A DNA stretch of 64,000 bases from Blastocystis sp. subtype 4 (GCF_000743755.1 NW_014569480.1:1-64000), one strand, 5' to 3'; counted from the first letter of the stretch, positions 25,580 through 39,185 are shown. Numbers and translations: made by a program. The notes: generated by a model from the sequence alone, not told the origin.

Positions 25580-27521
25580 ACACGGAGAATCCAATAATTG
25601 AACACACCTTGTTGAACGCTGCATAGAGATACGAGAGAGCAGTATCTACATTGAAAATCCTTATTACTATTACCATTTACAGGAAGAAGCTGAGTACAAT
25701 CTCTGAAGAGTAATAAGAACTGAAGGTCAGGATAGAAGTACTCATAATTCAACTAGTCATCAATTCTTGTTGACTCACTCACGAGAAGGATAAAAGTATT
25801 AATATTGTCCATTATTTCTGGTGTTTCCATTGTGATCCCCTCCTTCTGTAACTGCTGATACACGTAATGAAACATATTCTACCAATAATTAGTTTCATTC
25901 ACGCTTACCATCATCAGTGCTTGATAACCACGGATCTTGTACATTGGAGAGGCAATTTCCAGTGTCGTATCAATGCTTGTAACGAATTCTTGCGTTTTGG
26001 GATCCGACTCATCTGTAAGAACATCAAGTACTGAAATGCCTTCAGGATTCACTTTCAGATAAGCTTGGAATGCCGCAATAAAGGCCTTGTTCTTCTCTTC
26101 ACAACGACGACGCACCACATCCTGAATCAATGGAGAAGTATGTACAAACACAGCATTTGTAATCGTCGATTGGAGTAACTGAACGAAAACAGGATCCTGA
26201 AGTGTCACAAATTGAGCACAGATTCGTCCATACAAGATGCTTGTGAAGCTTTGAACATCACTCAGCATATATGATTCCACTACACCTCATTCTATTGACT
26301 CATTCCGACAATGCTCCTTATCTTCAATCATTACTCCAGTCGTAGGATTGTAAAGCATGAAGAATACCAGTTTCATCACACTCATTATATTACCAATAGA
26401 ATATTCAGATAATGCATCAATTTGATTCGCCTGACAACGTGTTCCTTTCATGATATCTTCATCTGGAATCTGAATGTGGATTACACGAAGAATGTAATTC
26501 AAGTAGAACTGAATTCCGTCATAAAATTTCTCAGGAACAATTCCTTTCAGTAATTCAGCATCGAATTTTTGAATGCCTTGATCAATAAAACCACTAATCT
26601 GTTCATGGAGCATGATACTAGAAGGCCCGGTTTCATTCATGACCGGAAAGACAGTCTTGAAAGTAGAATCCCAGAAAGAAAGTGGAGTGGGTTGTTTCTT
26701 AGCATAACAATCCTTCGTCTTCTTTCGGAACGCTAAAACCTCCTTTACAATCGCAGTGGCCTTTTCTGTATTTTGGGTAATCGATCTCTTCATATCAAGA
26801 CATGCAACGAACCTTACAATTGAGGATTGCTTACATACATCCACAATTTGTCTTGCCTTCTGCCTAAAATCCAGATTTCCTTGCTGTTCTGCAGCCAACG
26901 TATCCAAAATGTTTGTCTTTACCCGATAACTCAAAAGAGCACACCAATTTGACATTGGAATGTTGTTACTATCTGGAATGACTACAAATTAAAACAAAAT
27001 CGAGGATCCAACCAGTCCTATTCCAACCCTTCTTCTTTGACTTCTTCTCCTCAAGAACTAGAATAAATATCCATCTGATAAACTCTTACTTCTCCGCTCA
27101 TTGGCGTAGTCCAACTTTGTTGAACATGTATAGTTCTCAATGTAAAGAACATTTGAACATTCTGTAAATGCAGATTCTAGGGTATTTGTATCTACCTCTG
27201 GAGGTGGCTTGACACCTGGATACATAACAATTAACTGAATTGTTGAGTTCAACGAAACTTGATGTACTATGTATAAGAAATGCTAGATGGATAATAAGAT
27301 TAATCTGACGAAAAGAATCACTACTACATCCATATCTAGATCCAGAGAAATATAAGTAGGATGTAAATAACTGATCACAGTAATTCGAATAATGGACACT
27401 GAGTGGTAATCATTGATCTATCGTATCTTCCTCTAATTATCATAGACAGGAAAGTGGCATCCTCCTAAAAATCCATGACACAAAGAATCGTCTTGCTAGT
27501 GGGTGCTCGGGGTTTGATCAT
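25580..27521 (-). CDS. Hypothetical protein with a possible divergent C-terminal VPS9-like domain; spliced; both ends uncertain
   Basis: Chain of ORFs 27058-27252, 26287-26955, 25879-26280 and 25495-25752 with ~30-nt introns. SPMYKI...FILL.VN...FYPDLQFL..F...SYLYAA resembles VPS9 spacing. Confidence 0.4.
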
Positions 27522-27582
27522 TTCTCTTGAAGGGAGTGTGACAAAAACCTTGTAGAAAAGAATTGAAAATCGTTCTCTAAAG

Positions 27583-28746
27583 ATGTCTGAAGATTGTATT
27601 GAAATTTCCATAAGAGGAATCTAATATCTAGCAATTATCATTGATAACGGTTCGGGTATGTGTAAGGCTGGATTCTCAGGAGATGACGCTCCTCGTGCTG
27701 TTTTTCCATCTATTGTCGGTCGTCCCAAGGTTCCTATGTACATGGTAGGAATGGAGAACAAGGACTGTTTTGTTGGTGAGGAAGCGGAGTCTAAGAGGGG
27801 TATTTTGAATCTGAAGTATCCTATTGAACACGGAATTGTCACTAATTGGGATGATATGGAGAAGATTTGGCACCATACCTTTTACAATGAGCTTCGTGCT
27901 CAGCCTGAAGAGCACCCTGTTTTGTTAACCGAAGCTCCCCTGAACCCGAAGGCTAATCGTGAACGTATGACTCAGATCATGTTTGAAACGTTTAATATTC
28001 CGGCAATGTACATCCAAATTCAGGCTGTTTTGTCTCTGTATGCTGCCGGTCGTTCAACGGGTCTGGTGGTAGATTCTGGAGATGGTGTCACTCACACAGT
28101 ACCAATCTACGAAGGATATTCGATTCCTCATGCTATTCTAAGAATGGATCTTGCTGGACGTGACCTTACCGAATACATGCAGACAATCCTTACCGAGCGT
28201 GGATATACTTTCACATCCAGTGCTGAACGTGAGATTGTTCGTGATATTAAGGAGAAACTTTGTTATGTGGCTTATGACTTTGATAAGGAGATGAAGATTG
28301 CCAATGAGGGTTCGACTATTGAACGAGATTATGAGCTTCCTGATGGCAATATTATCACTATTGGGAATGAGCGTTTCAGAGTACCTGAAGTACTGTTTAA
28401 TCCTACAATGGCCGGTCGTGAGCTACGAAATGGAGGTGTTCATGAAACCACTTATGCTACTGTTCAGAAGTGTGATGTGGATATTCGTAGATCTCTCTAC
28501 AATAATATCATTCTCTCTGGAGGGTCGACCATGTATCCTGGAATTGGTGAACGTCTCCAGAAGGAACTGTTGTCTCTTGTCCCTGCGGATGTGAAGGTGA
28601 AGGTTTTGGCTTCCCCTGAACGTAAGTACATGGTATGGATTGGAGGTGCTTTGTTGACAACTCTTTCTTCTTTCAAGCAGATGTGGGTAACAAAGAGTGA
28701 GTATGATGAAAGTGGTGTAGGAATCATTCATCAGAAGTGTGTCTAA
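27583..28746 (+). CDS. ACT: Actin (divergent paralog); one 5' intron
   Basis: [64 protein letters not shown] at 28744-28746. Confidence 0.93.
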
Positions 28747-28759
28747 ATTTTGTTTTTTG

Positions 28760-28767
28760 AACAAACA
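28760..28767 (-). terminator. TGTTTGTT 3'-processing element
   Basis: Exact motif, 4 nt after the in-frame T at 28772. Confidence 0.8.
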
Positions 28768-28771
28768 TAAT

Positions 28772-30775
28772 AGGAATATTCAACTCGTCCAATATTACTA
28801 TCCATATTATCAAATGTTATGATCAATTCCATACAGTACCGATGTAGAGGTATAATCTCAGCCTACTTATTATTCTCTATTCCAACACCTACAAGTTGAT
28901 TCAGAGAAGACATTTGGAAAAGACCTAAACACTCTTGACTCACTTCTACCAAACATTCTGCTGTGCCATCTGTCACTCGCAATACTAAACTCATTTCATT
29001 CAACTGTTCAACATGAAGAACGCTGCATCGTATAGCATAGGTACCTGGATGATCGATATTACACAACAAGTTAGGTTTAGCGGTAGCATTAGGAGGGAAT
29101 CGACAGATAGGTTCTGTCGTTAGGGGCATTATCAAAGCAAGTTTCCACATCTTTTCCAAATCTTGAGCAATGCTAAGATCAGGAGGAATCACTAAAAAGG
29201 AAGATCGATCTGTGTATAGGATCATTCCCCTTCGATATACCAAATCGAAAAATTTAAAGTAATGTAATTTTGATGATTGAGAGAAATACTAGAAATGAAG
29301 AGAAAACACTAAACGAACAGGATCACATCGAATCTGTGAATCAATACGAATAACCGTAGTATGATTCGTTGGAATTGGTGATAAATAGACGAGAGAAGAA
29401 TCAAAACAGGTTATGGAGGCAACCTAGTGATTCATTAGAATCGTTCAAATGTTACATATTCTTGATTAATAGGCTCGATATCAACAACTTTTACAACTGC
29501 ATCAAACACATCTCTAGAGTGAAACTCATGATCCATGCCAACTCTTCTGATACCGAAGCCAGTAATCTGCTATACTGTTGTTTTGTGAGTTGACTCAGAA
29601 CGTCGCTAGGAAGCTAAATAATAGACAGTTCATGAATCATACATTCATAAACCAAGCTGACAGTTCATTACAACGATTTACTGTGGAATTAGCATCAATA
29701 GAATCATGAATCGATTCGAACTGAACCTGAAAGGAGAATCACAAATCTACCTTATTCTGGACAATATTGAATACAGTGACTCCTGTATATGATGAAGAAG
29801 CAACGCCTGTACAACCACCCTTGTATGAAGAGATCTTTAACGTTGAGAAGAAAACAGGGGATCCCAGTACCTTAGAGATCAAGAGAATGAATAAACGTTA
29901 CAGAAAAGACATCTCCTGAACAACGATCTCTGAAAAATACAGAAATCAGAAAGGGAACCGTCGAAGACTCGTCAACAATGAAGATATTCCGTTTGTAATC
30001 CCCACTTCCACACTGTTGAATGTTCATTGCTTTCACAATGATACCACTGAGATTAATTGTTCGATCATCCGATCGAATCAATGCAAGAGTTTTAAGTGGT
30101 TGGTCGCTGTATTTATCATTCTTCCGAACCGAGATCGTAGTTGCTTTAGGTTGCTTTACTGGAGTTGATGAAGGGGTATTGGTGGCACTGAAAGCAAGAG
30201 CTCTGATATAGTCAGGCCGAGAGACAGACGATGAGTAGATAAGATCTAGATGACAACGAATAAATGAACTGACAGTTTGATCCAAGGTTTATGGCTACAG
30301 TGGTAGGTAAATGGGAACCTGAATCTTCAGCTTGAGTATAATCGACACAAAAACATCTCGTCATGTGTCCTTCACTTCTAGAACAATAACCAAAGAAAAG
30401 ATATACAATTCAAAGAAACGTGAGGTTACTGAATTTCCAGAAATATCCACCTGACGCTATGGGATCATCTTAGATATTTAAGTAATTACTTGCTGCTCCA
30501 TATGAGATCCAATCGCTTCACCCCAATTGTTGAATAAGATTACAATGTATTCTGTATCCACATCCAACTGATTCACATGTGAACAGTCAAGGTTTGAACG
30601 TTAATCTAACGACAATGGATATCTTTAACTAGAAATGCCCGTATCTTGTCCAAACTAAGTACTTGTAAAAGTTTTTGAATAATAGAAGCATCTTCGATTT
30701 CTTTGACAACTGAAAACTACATATCATCCATCAATGTCAATTCCACAGATATCGATTGGTTTCCAAGACTTTCAT
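28772..30775 (-). CDS. Multi-OB-fold protein, possibly POT1/RPA-like ssDNA-binding; spliced; stop predicted to be completed by polyadenylation; start approximate
   Basis: INLSGIIVKAMNIQQCGSGDYKRNIFIVDES...ISVF...LKISSYKG resembles POT1 OB1. C-terminal LVLRVTDGTAECLVEV is OB-like. Confidence 0.45.
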
Positions 30776-30859
30776 AGTCCGAAAATGACGACAAGAGGCG
30801 AGTACTCTTAGGAATATTCATTCCAAGCGAATTACTGAAAGAACTCTATTTAGTAATCG

Positions 30860-32368
30860 ATGGAAACGGAGTATTTGAAATCTGCAGAAGCATTTGTACA
30901 GTTTCTGAGAAAGGGTTGCAGCAACTTTCACGTTGTCAAGGAGTGTTGCGAGCGTCTCACTTCAAGTGGATTCAGACGTGTGAGTGAAAAGACTACATGG
31001 GGAAAGAGTGTAGAACCTATGGGAAAGTATTTCTTCACTCGCAATGAATCTGCTATTGTTGCCATCGCAGTAGGCGGACACTATAAAGAAGGAAACGGTT
31101 ATTCGATTGTTGCAGCGCATACAGATTCTCCTTATTTGCGCTTGAAACCCATTTCCAAAATCCAGTCAAATGGATACTGTCAGCTAGGTGTAGAAACTTA
31201 TGGAGGTGGTATCTGGTCATCATGGCTGGATCGCGATCTTGGAATTGCTGGACGTGTATTTGTAAGTGTGAATTGGATAGATGATACATAGGTTGAGGAG
31301 AATGGAATGATTTCCTCAAAACTGGTGAATATTGACGAGTGCGTTGGCATTATCCCTTCTCTTGCCATTCATCTTCGTGACTCTTCGAGTAAAGATGCTA
31401 TGGAACTCAACAAAGAAACGATGCTTCCACCTATTCTTGGTCTCACTGGTTGGCCTTGTGAGAGACATTCATTGTAGGAGAAGAAAAGGAGGAGAAGGAA
31501 GAGATCTACAAGCGACATGATGCCCATTTGGTCCAATTTGTCTGTGATCATATTCATGTATCTCCTGCTAATGTCTTGGATTTTGAACTCTTCCTTTACG
31601 ATCTTAATGTAGCGATGTTATAATCATTTTATCTAGGTTGCTCGAATTGGAGGTTTGAAAAAGGAGCTGATTACAGGGCGGGGTCTTGACAATCTTGCCT
31701 GTAGTTATTGCACTCTGGAAGGATTCTTATCGGCTGAACACTTGGATGAAGAAGAGAACATTCGGTAATCATAGCTTGGAGATTTGATGTCCAGTGTGAT
31801 GGTATTATATGATAATGAAGAGGTTGGTTCTCGCTCTTTGATGGGAGCTGGTAGTACAATGTTGGGAGATGTTTTCCGAGCCATCTGTCCTTCAACGGAA
31901 ATGGCGAGAATCTCTCGTCGCAAGAGTATGCTTCTATCTTGCGTTGGATTGGGAATGGGATGTAATATTTAGGATATGGCTCATGCAATCCATCCGAACT
32001 TTGCGAACAAGCATGAGTCGAATCACCAACCAATGATTAACAAAGGTATGGTGATCAAGGAACATTGTAAGCAACGTTACGCAACATCTTCTCTTTCCAC
32101 CTCTGTTATCATGAAGTTGTGTCGTGAGGCCAATGTCCCTGTTCAGCAATTCGTTCTCAGACAAGACATGAATGGAGGAACTACGATTGGACCTATTGTG
32201 AGTACAAAGGAAGGGATCTACACAGTGGATTGTGGTCTTGCTCAACTTGCCATGCACAGTATTCGCGAAACTATGGGAAGCAAAGATGTTAAGAACGGAA
32301 TTGATTTTGTGAAAGTGTTCCTTGAGGGATATGGAAAGGTGAGATTCCGAGGATTGGGTGATTTGTAG
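30860..32368 (+). CDS. DNPEP: Aspartyl aminopeptidase (peptidase M18); spliced
   Basis: AAHTDSP, VETYGGGIWSSWLDRDL, LDNL, YDNEEVGS, DMAHAIHPN, GTTIGP, LAMHSIRE. Confidence 0.95.
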
Positions 32369-32567
32369 TTGACGGACAAAATTATCATTGATGAAGGCAA
32401 ATATTGTGTTTGTTGAATATACATCCAATTTATAATGAAACAGTTCTAAGAAAGGATGAAAGAACCACTGAACATGTCATTATTGATAATCATGAACACT
32501 CCTTCCACTCGCTGTTTCTCGTAGATCTCTCCTGCCTTGATCAATCTCGGTTTTGTTTTGAAAACCA

Positions 32568-34327
32568 ATGTTATCACGCATTCTTGTGGCAAGAGGTGTA
32601 CGTTGTTTATGCGCCTCTACTCAGTATTGATATGAGTTTATGTATTGACGAAATAGATTGACTCACGCAGGAGCACAATTGGTGAGAATGCAATCTCGGA
32701 GGATGTTCTCGGAAGAAACACGTTGATTCTTGTTTTCACTGTATAATGTATAGAAGGAGGAAATACTGATATGCCTGATACAAATGGTACTATATGGATT
32801 TGATTTTGTTATTCATAGTTGTTCTACCTCCTCAAGACTTGTCCAATCTTGCAGCAACAACTCTTGAAGACAAAAATGGTATTGATTATTCCATTGAATT
32901 GATCGTAAGTGGCTTCGAATGAATCGGCAACGGAATCAGTCTCATCACCAGAACAAGTCACTTCTTCGGAACCTGCACCTGTATCATCTGAGCAAGAAGT
33001 AGTATTGTCTAACGCTCCGTCTAACTCAACCACTCTGTCCTCAGATTCAGCCACTCCTTCTCAAACCAGTGAAAACAAGCCTGATATTGTTCGTTCTCAC
33101 AAATCGAATTACTGGTAGGATAAGGAATTCATTGAGAACCTTCTTTCATCTCTTCAAGTGGAGGCAAAAACGGCGAAAGAACGAAAGCAACTTGTTTATG
33201 ATGTTTACCTTCGCATTTTGCTTCACTCATAGTTCGCTACTATCATGATGGATCCTTCCTTCAAACAACTCTACAACTCTCTTTCCAAATCTCTTCCTCC
33301 TCAATACTGTTGTCTCATTGTTCTCTCTTTATCATAGTTGATGATCATGGCATGTTACCTGTTGTGAAGAAGGAGTTCATTTCACGTATTCAAGAGGAGA
33401 TTATCAAGGGTTCGTTTGTGGAACCTGATCATGATATGTCAATTGAGGGCCTGCGAGACAAGAAACGGGAGATTACCAAAGACAATGCTATCATCAAATC
33501 AGCTGAAGATGAATCAGAGACACTGAAGTATCCTATTCCGACATGGATTGTACTCCAGAAATTGGGAGTATTATGAATAGATGGAGGATTTGGATGAGAA
33601 ACTAAAGCGGAGAGTGGAGCAACAGGAAGTGAAAGAAACAGAGAAAAATGACGAGGAGATGAAGGAGTCTGTTCATTCGAAGCGAGAGTACTATGATGCA
33701 AACAAGAATAATCAAGTGGAAGAACAGTTGGATACTACTGGTATGTGGCCTTTGAAAGCGGTGAAAGATACGGAACCTGAAGTTAAAAAGCGTGGCAATC
33801 ATAGTAGTGGAAGCTTTATCACAAAGAATATTCAGATAACGAAAGATGGAACCCGTGTTGCTTATGGAGGAGGCAAGTAGAGATATATGAGAATTGTGAG
33901 GAATAGACGTAAGAATGCTACAGCTCGTGTATTTATTCGTAAAGGAACAGGAAAGATTGATATCAATGGAAGATCTCTGATTGATGTGAGGATTGAATGG
34001 AATTATTAGGAATAGTACTTCCCTATGGGAAATAACCGTGATCAAGTATTGGCTCCCCTAGCGATTACTATGACTTTCCAGAAGTATGATATTCATGCAA
34101 CAGTCACAGGAGGAGGAACGACAGGTCAATCAGAAGCCATTCGTATTGCATTAGCCAAGGCTTTGGAGCATTATCAGAATACCTATGGTCCTATACTTTC
34201 AAAAGGTAGGGTTTCAGACAGATGTTGACGAGTAGCGGGTCTTCTGACAGCGGATCCTCGAATTGTTGAGAGAAAGAAGCCTGGACGCAGAAAGGCAAGA
34301 AGGCCTCAGCAGTGGGTCAAACGTTAA
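32568..34327 (+). CDS. MRPS9: Mitochondrial ribosomal protein uS9m with a long N-terminal extension; spliced
   Basis: GGGKRKNATARV, TVTGGGTTGQSEAIRIALAKAL, DPRIVERKKPGRRKARRPQQWVKR-stop. N-terminus MLSRILVARGVR resembles a targeting peptide. Confidence 0.85.
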
Positions 34328-34455
34328 GAGTTCTTTTACTACTGATGGTTTTTGTTGTTTATTATTAAAACATGCTAAAAGTGGAAACTGGAGGTGGCGG
34401 TATCATGTCTCATTTCTCGCTACCAATTTGTTTTTTGGTGTATCTGCTTTTTCTT

Positions 34456-36292
34456 ATGTCAGAAACTTTAGTTGACCAAGAAGCAAAGGTAGAAGAGAAG
34501 CAGTCATCGGTCAGTGGTAAATCTTTCATTACAAGTGATCTATGGAAGACTGTACTTGCTTTATCTGTTGCTATCGTAGCAATCATTGTTGCTTGGTGTA
34601 GTATGGAAAAACGCGTAAGTGAATCATGAGATAACAATGTATAGAGAGATATCTCCTCCAAAACAATCACTTTCCCACTTGACATGGTAAATAAGGAAGT
34701 AAAGTTGGGAGATGTTGTATCTGTGGATGCGTCGGGTCGTTTGAAGCAGGGAGCAGGAACGACGATTTATCGTCATATTCACGACATCCATAACCGGACC
34801 ATGTATCACTTGCATACAGTTGCAGTCAATGAGATTATTCATGTAGCACAATATGACAGTGAGATGTTAGTGTCGGTCATCAATCCTGATAACGATGAGT
34901 TGATAGCAGAAAAAACAGTAGTTATGGGTGAGGAATATCAGAATAGGTCAGTCTTCCGATGATTCAAGGAATGGCTCATCGTGTTGATGATCTCATTGTT
35001 CTTCAAGGAAACATTGTATTGAGTCTGGGAAGCAAACGTGTTATTCCTGCTCGTGTCACGTTTGAAAATGGTGAGATCGGAGTCGTTTTTGGCAACTACT
35101 CTGTTCCGACTCCAGTGGATTCAATTCAACCTGAGCTGATGACCCTTAATGATTCATGCGCTATTATGTCGTACTATGGACGTAATAATATCATTACCGC
35201 TGTAGCTGGATGCTTAGTTGGTGATGAAGACATGAACATGGTCTGGGGACCTATCTATGAGTATTCAGAAGACTACATCTTTCATGACATTGTGGGTCTT
35301 TCGTCGAATAAGTTCATTGTGGCACATGCTCGTGAACCGTGGTGGAATGATGAGAATGTGGATGTCTATGATCGACAGCTACACCCTGAGAAGTATCCGA
35401 AGGTCACTGATAGTACAATTCATTATGGTCTTGGTACTGTCTATGACAATCTGACAATCTCTGTCGGAGAAATAAAAAGGATCCCCAAGGACAGTTTTGG
35501 ATTTATGGATATGGCAAGGTATGAATCATCAAGTCTGTGAGATATAGATTGGACGAGACCAGCGCTGTTTTAACCTTCATCTATGAGAACAATAATAACG
35601 GAATCGAGTCAATTCTGTTCAAATATAACCCCCAAACTGATCACCTCTATGTGGGCGGTTATCTCGATCATCAGAAAGGAGGAGGTAGTGGCCAAATAAG
35701 CGGTTTATATTCCTTTATCCGATGTCGTACCTTCTCGCCTACTCGATTTGGAGTCTATTATGAAGATCGAGCTGCCTTGGGATCAGTGGTATTAGCCATG
35801 GCTGAAATGACTTCTCAAGGCGGTCTCGTGGATTTCGGTCCCGAAATTGCTCTTGCTCCTCCACCAGGTGATGTCGAAAAGGCATATTACTGGGCCAATT
35901 TAGCACCGGCAACATCTGAACGCTTCTTCGTCATGGAATCGGTAACTCTTCGAGGCAGCCACTTAGAGCCTCATGGAAGTATCCACGTTGGTGAAGTCTA
36001 TCCATCTGCTCTTGGAATTGTGACGAAGATGGATAAAAAGGAAGCAGTTGTGACGGTTGATGGTGTGTACAAGATCCCAGGATATCGTCTCGTGCAAGGA
36101 AAAGAATACATGGGTAACTCGAACGGAGAACTTGTTGAAGGAGATTATGTCGGTTTGATAAACAATGAGGCTTACACAATATATGTGAACAATGAGCAGA
36201 AGAACCAGATTCTGTCAACAGAGAGTCAAGTAGGGTACGCAATATCAGATTCGGAACTGTTCATCCGTATTCCTGATAACATTGAAGTATAA
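34456..36292 (+). CDS. Uncharacterised type II membrane protein with a beta-rich ectodomain; spliced; start may instead be 34372
   Basis: Single hydrophobic helix TVLALSVAIVAIIVAWC, followed by ORFs 34684-34962, 34959-35540 and 35537-36292 joined by ~30-nt introns. TAA then TGTTTGTT at 36302. Confidence 0.7.
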
Positions 36293-36393
36293 TACTGAAT
36301 TTGTTTGTTATCAATTTTCAGAGTATTCCCATGTTTCCAAAAATACTCCCTATTTAGATGACAGGATCCATGAATCCTATTATCTCCTGAACA

Positions 36394-37517
36394 ATGAAGG
36401 GTGTTTATGCTTTGATATTAGCTTTTTGCTGTCTATGCCTAAGTGAAGCGGCAACTAGGAGGGAGGTTGATACAAAGTGTTTATTTGAGTGTAGAGTGCG
36501 TATGAGACCCTTTCCAGATCCATGGTGAACAATATCGTGAATCTAAATGAGGACACATATACAACGTACTTTCTCCAGCAGACTCGTGATTTCGATGCTT
36601 TTATTCTCTACACAACTATCGGAAGTCGTTACAGTTGCAGACTATGTCCGTAGTGATTGGATAGTGGGTTGACTGTAGAGCCACAAATAAGGAGTTTGCA
36701 AGAGTCGCAAAGGCATTTAACAGTCTGAAGGAACCCGTAGAGAGAGATGTCTTGTTTGTCCGTGTCACCATTGACAATAGTCCTCGTATCTTCCAATACC
36801 ATGACTTCCAAACGGCTCCAATCATCACTTATCTTCCAAAAGACGAAATCATGGGCAAAAAAGTGAGGGTTCTCGATGCTGTTGATGTTTAGTTGAATCC
36901 TGATAACGATTACAATTTGGACTTTCCTGTTCGAGCAGAGAGTATTGCATCGTTTGTTCGTTCGAAAATTCACGTTACCGTATAAGAAAGAAGTTTTTGT
37001 CATGGATAGATCAACATTTACCGTTTCCCATGGCCGCAAGTGATTATTCTGTGTCTTTTTGTCTTTGGTCTCCCTTTGGTAGCCTATATCTATCTCTTCC
37101 GGAATCAGTTTGTGTATTCTCTTCTAGGCAATTATCGTATCTATCTGGTTGGATCCTTGATTGTGTATTCTGTTGCTGTGACTGGTTTCGCTTATGATAT
37201 TATCAACGGTCCATCCCTCCTAGATTGTGATCGTTCAGGTTGTCATATCTTCCTTCGTCAAGGTCAGAATCAGCAGACAATTGCAGAAGGAATTGTTACG
37301 GGAGGTTTGTGCATTGTCAGTGCAATATTGGTTCTTGGATTGATTGAAAGGACGAAGAACGCAGGAGTAAGTGTATGGTGATATGGATAATTGATAGGAA
37401 GTGAATGGAATGATTGAAAAGTATTGTATGCTCTTTGTTATTTGCTTCTTGGTTTATCTATTCTGCTTCTGTATTCGCACACCTTGGTATCCTAGTGTAT
37501 TCTTTTACCGTGGTTGA
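36394..37517 (+). CDS. Oligosaccharyltransferase subunit OST3/OST6 (MAGT1/TUSC3 family); spliced
   Basis: Signal peptide, thioredoxin-like CRLC, AYDIINGP, GQNQQTIAEG, C-terminal TM helices ending PWYP. Confidence 0.85.
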
Positions 37518-37544
37518 GATTCTGTTTCTTACAAACATTTCATA

Positions 37545-38976
37545 TTACAAAAGACCATCTGTAATGGAAGATTTGAGAACAACCTTCTTATCACTTTTTG
37601 CTCCTGAAGGTGTTGATACAAAACCTACCCGCTTCTTCATTCCAGGAGTCAGACCTGGAGTCATTCCACCTGTTGTCACTGATGTTGCTGTCATTGGTGT
37701 GTATGATTTCCGTAGCATTGCATCCATCGATGACACCTTTCCTTTCACTCGCTGTTGGAGTCGTTGTGCTGCCGGAGACATTGCAGGGTTCCTAGGAATG
37801 ATCTCTCTTTCACACACCTACCCTCCTACCACGGGCGTAGTTATACGCGACGTATGATGAGCTCTCTTCATATTCTTGTATAATCGATCTGCAACAGCTT
37901 CACGTTTGTTAGCCTTTGGTAAAGGAGTCATTGGCATATCCAAAGGAACAACAGCAGAACCAAGAGTCATAGGCGTACCCTCAATATCTCCCCATTCCAT
38001 TTGAGGTGTGAAATCTACACCAGGTTCAGGAGCAGGTGTTGCTATTAATTCATTGGTTGGGGCGATTGGCTTTGGAGGAGGAGGCATCAATGTGGTATCT
38101 ACTTCCTTATAAGTTCGTAGACGCGTATTCTTTGGATTGATTTGCAACTTTTGAGTAGTTTTTACATCTGTTAAGAGTTTTACTCCACAAGTATCATAAG
38201 CATCTTCAATCGAAGGTGTATCCATAAGTCCATTTTTAAAGTGACGAGGCCACGATGCACGAACAGCCTCATCTTCAAGCATCTTTATCTGTTCTTCATC
38301 GTACATCATCAACCGTTTTCGTTTCTCTGGATCTTCCCCTCCATAAACCCACCAGTATTTCTCACGCCGTCGCTTCAGTTCTTGTTCTTGCTTCTGTTGA
38401 AAGTTGTCATTATCCTCGCTTGTTATCATGTTGGCCAATTCACCAATAGAAATATTGGAAGGAATGCGAATTTCTTTATTATTCACGTCATGAACAACCC
38501 AGGTATTCTCATCCTCTTCAGAAACTGCTTTCGAATAAACATCATTCTCTGCACTTGGAGTTGCTCCAGGAAGATATGCAGGCGTTACAGCGGGAGTAGC
38601 CCCTGGTGTTTCAGCTTTCTGGATAACAAGTAAATGATACTTTAAACGCTCTGCTCGGTCGAAGTCCTTTGCTTCTACAGCTTTCAAATACTAAACAATC
38701 ACTCCACTTCAACAAATCAACCTCTAAATGGGTTCGATATTTATCTAAATCAGGAAAGTAGTCTCGTTCGATTACTTTACCAAGCGTCTCCGTGTACTCC
38801 TCTTCATCTAATACGATTTTCTTCTCCTTCCTTGGAGGAGGAGGCATAGAATCATTCCTTTTGCTTTTTGATTTACGAGAAGGCATTACGTGCCATAACG
38901 TTGGATCCTCCATCATCCGCAATGGAGTCGGAGTTTCTCCTGGTTTAAACTTGATTTCCTTCGGTTTCTTCTCCAT
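37545..38976 (-). CDS. ESS2: Splicing factor ESS-2 / DGCR14; spliced
   Basis: VLDEEEYTETLGKVIERDYFPDL, TSEDNDNF, INPKNTR, TPQMEWGDIEGTP, MSPAAQRL, SITDGLL-stop. Confidence 0.93.
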
Positions 38977-39185
38977 CAATATCCTTGTGTAAAGGAGTCA
39001 ATTAGATAATGGAATTAGTAAAGTCGTGATATGGTCTTGGAAGGTAGGGGTGAATTAGCTATGTTGTTAATGGTTCGTTTTATATTCGATTGAGAGAGAA
39101 AGGAAGGCTTTAATAAGAATCACGAGAATTTCCTGATTCCTGCGGAGTCCCAGTTTCTCCACTATTTCGACAGTTATCGTTTGCC

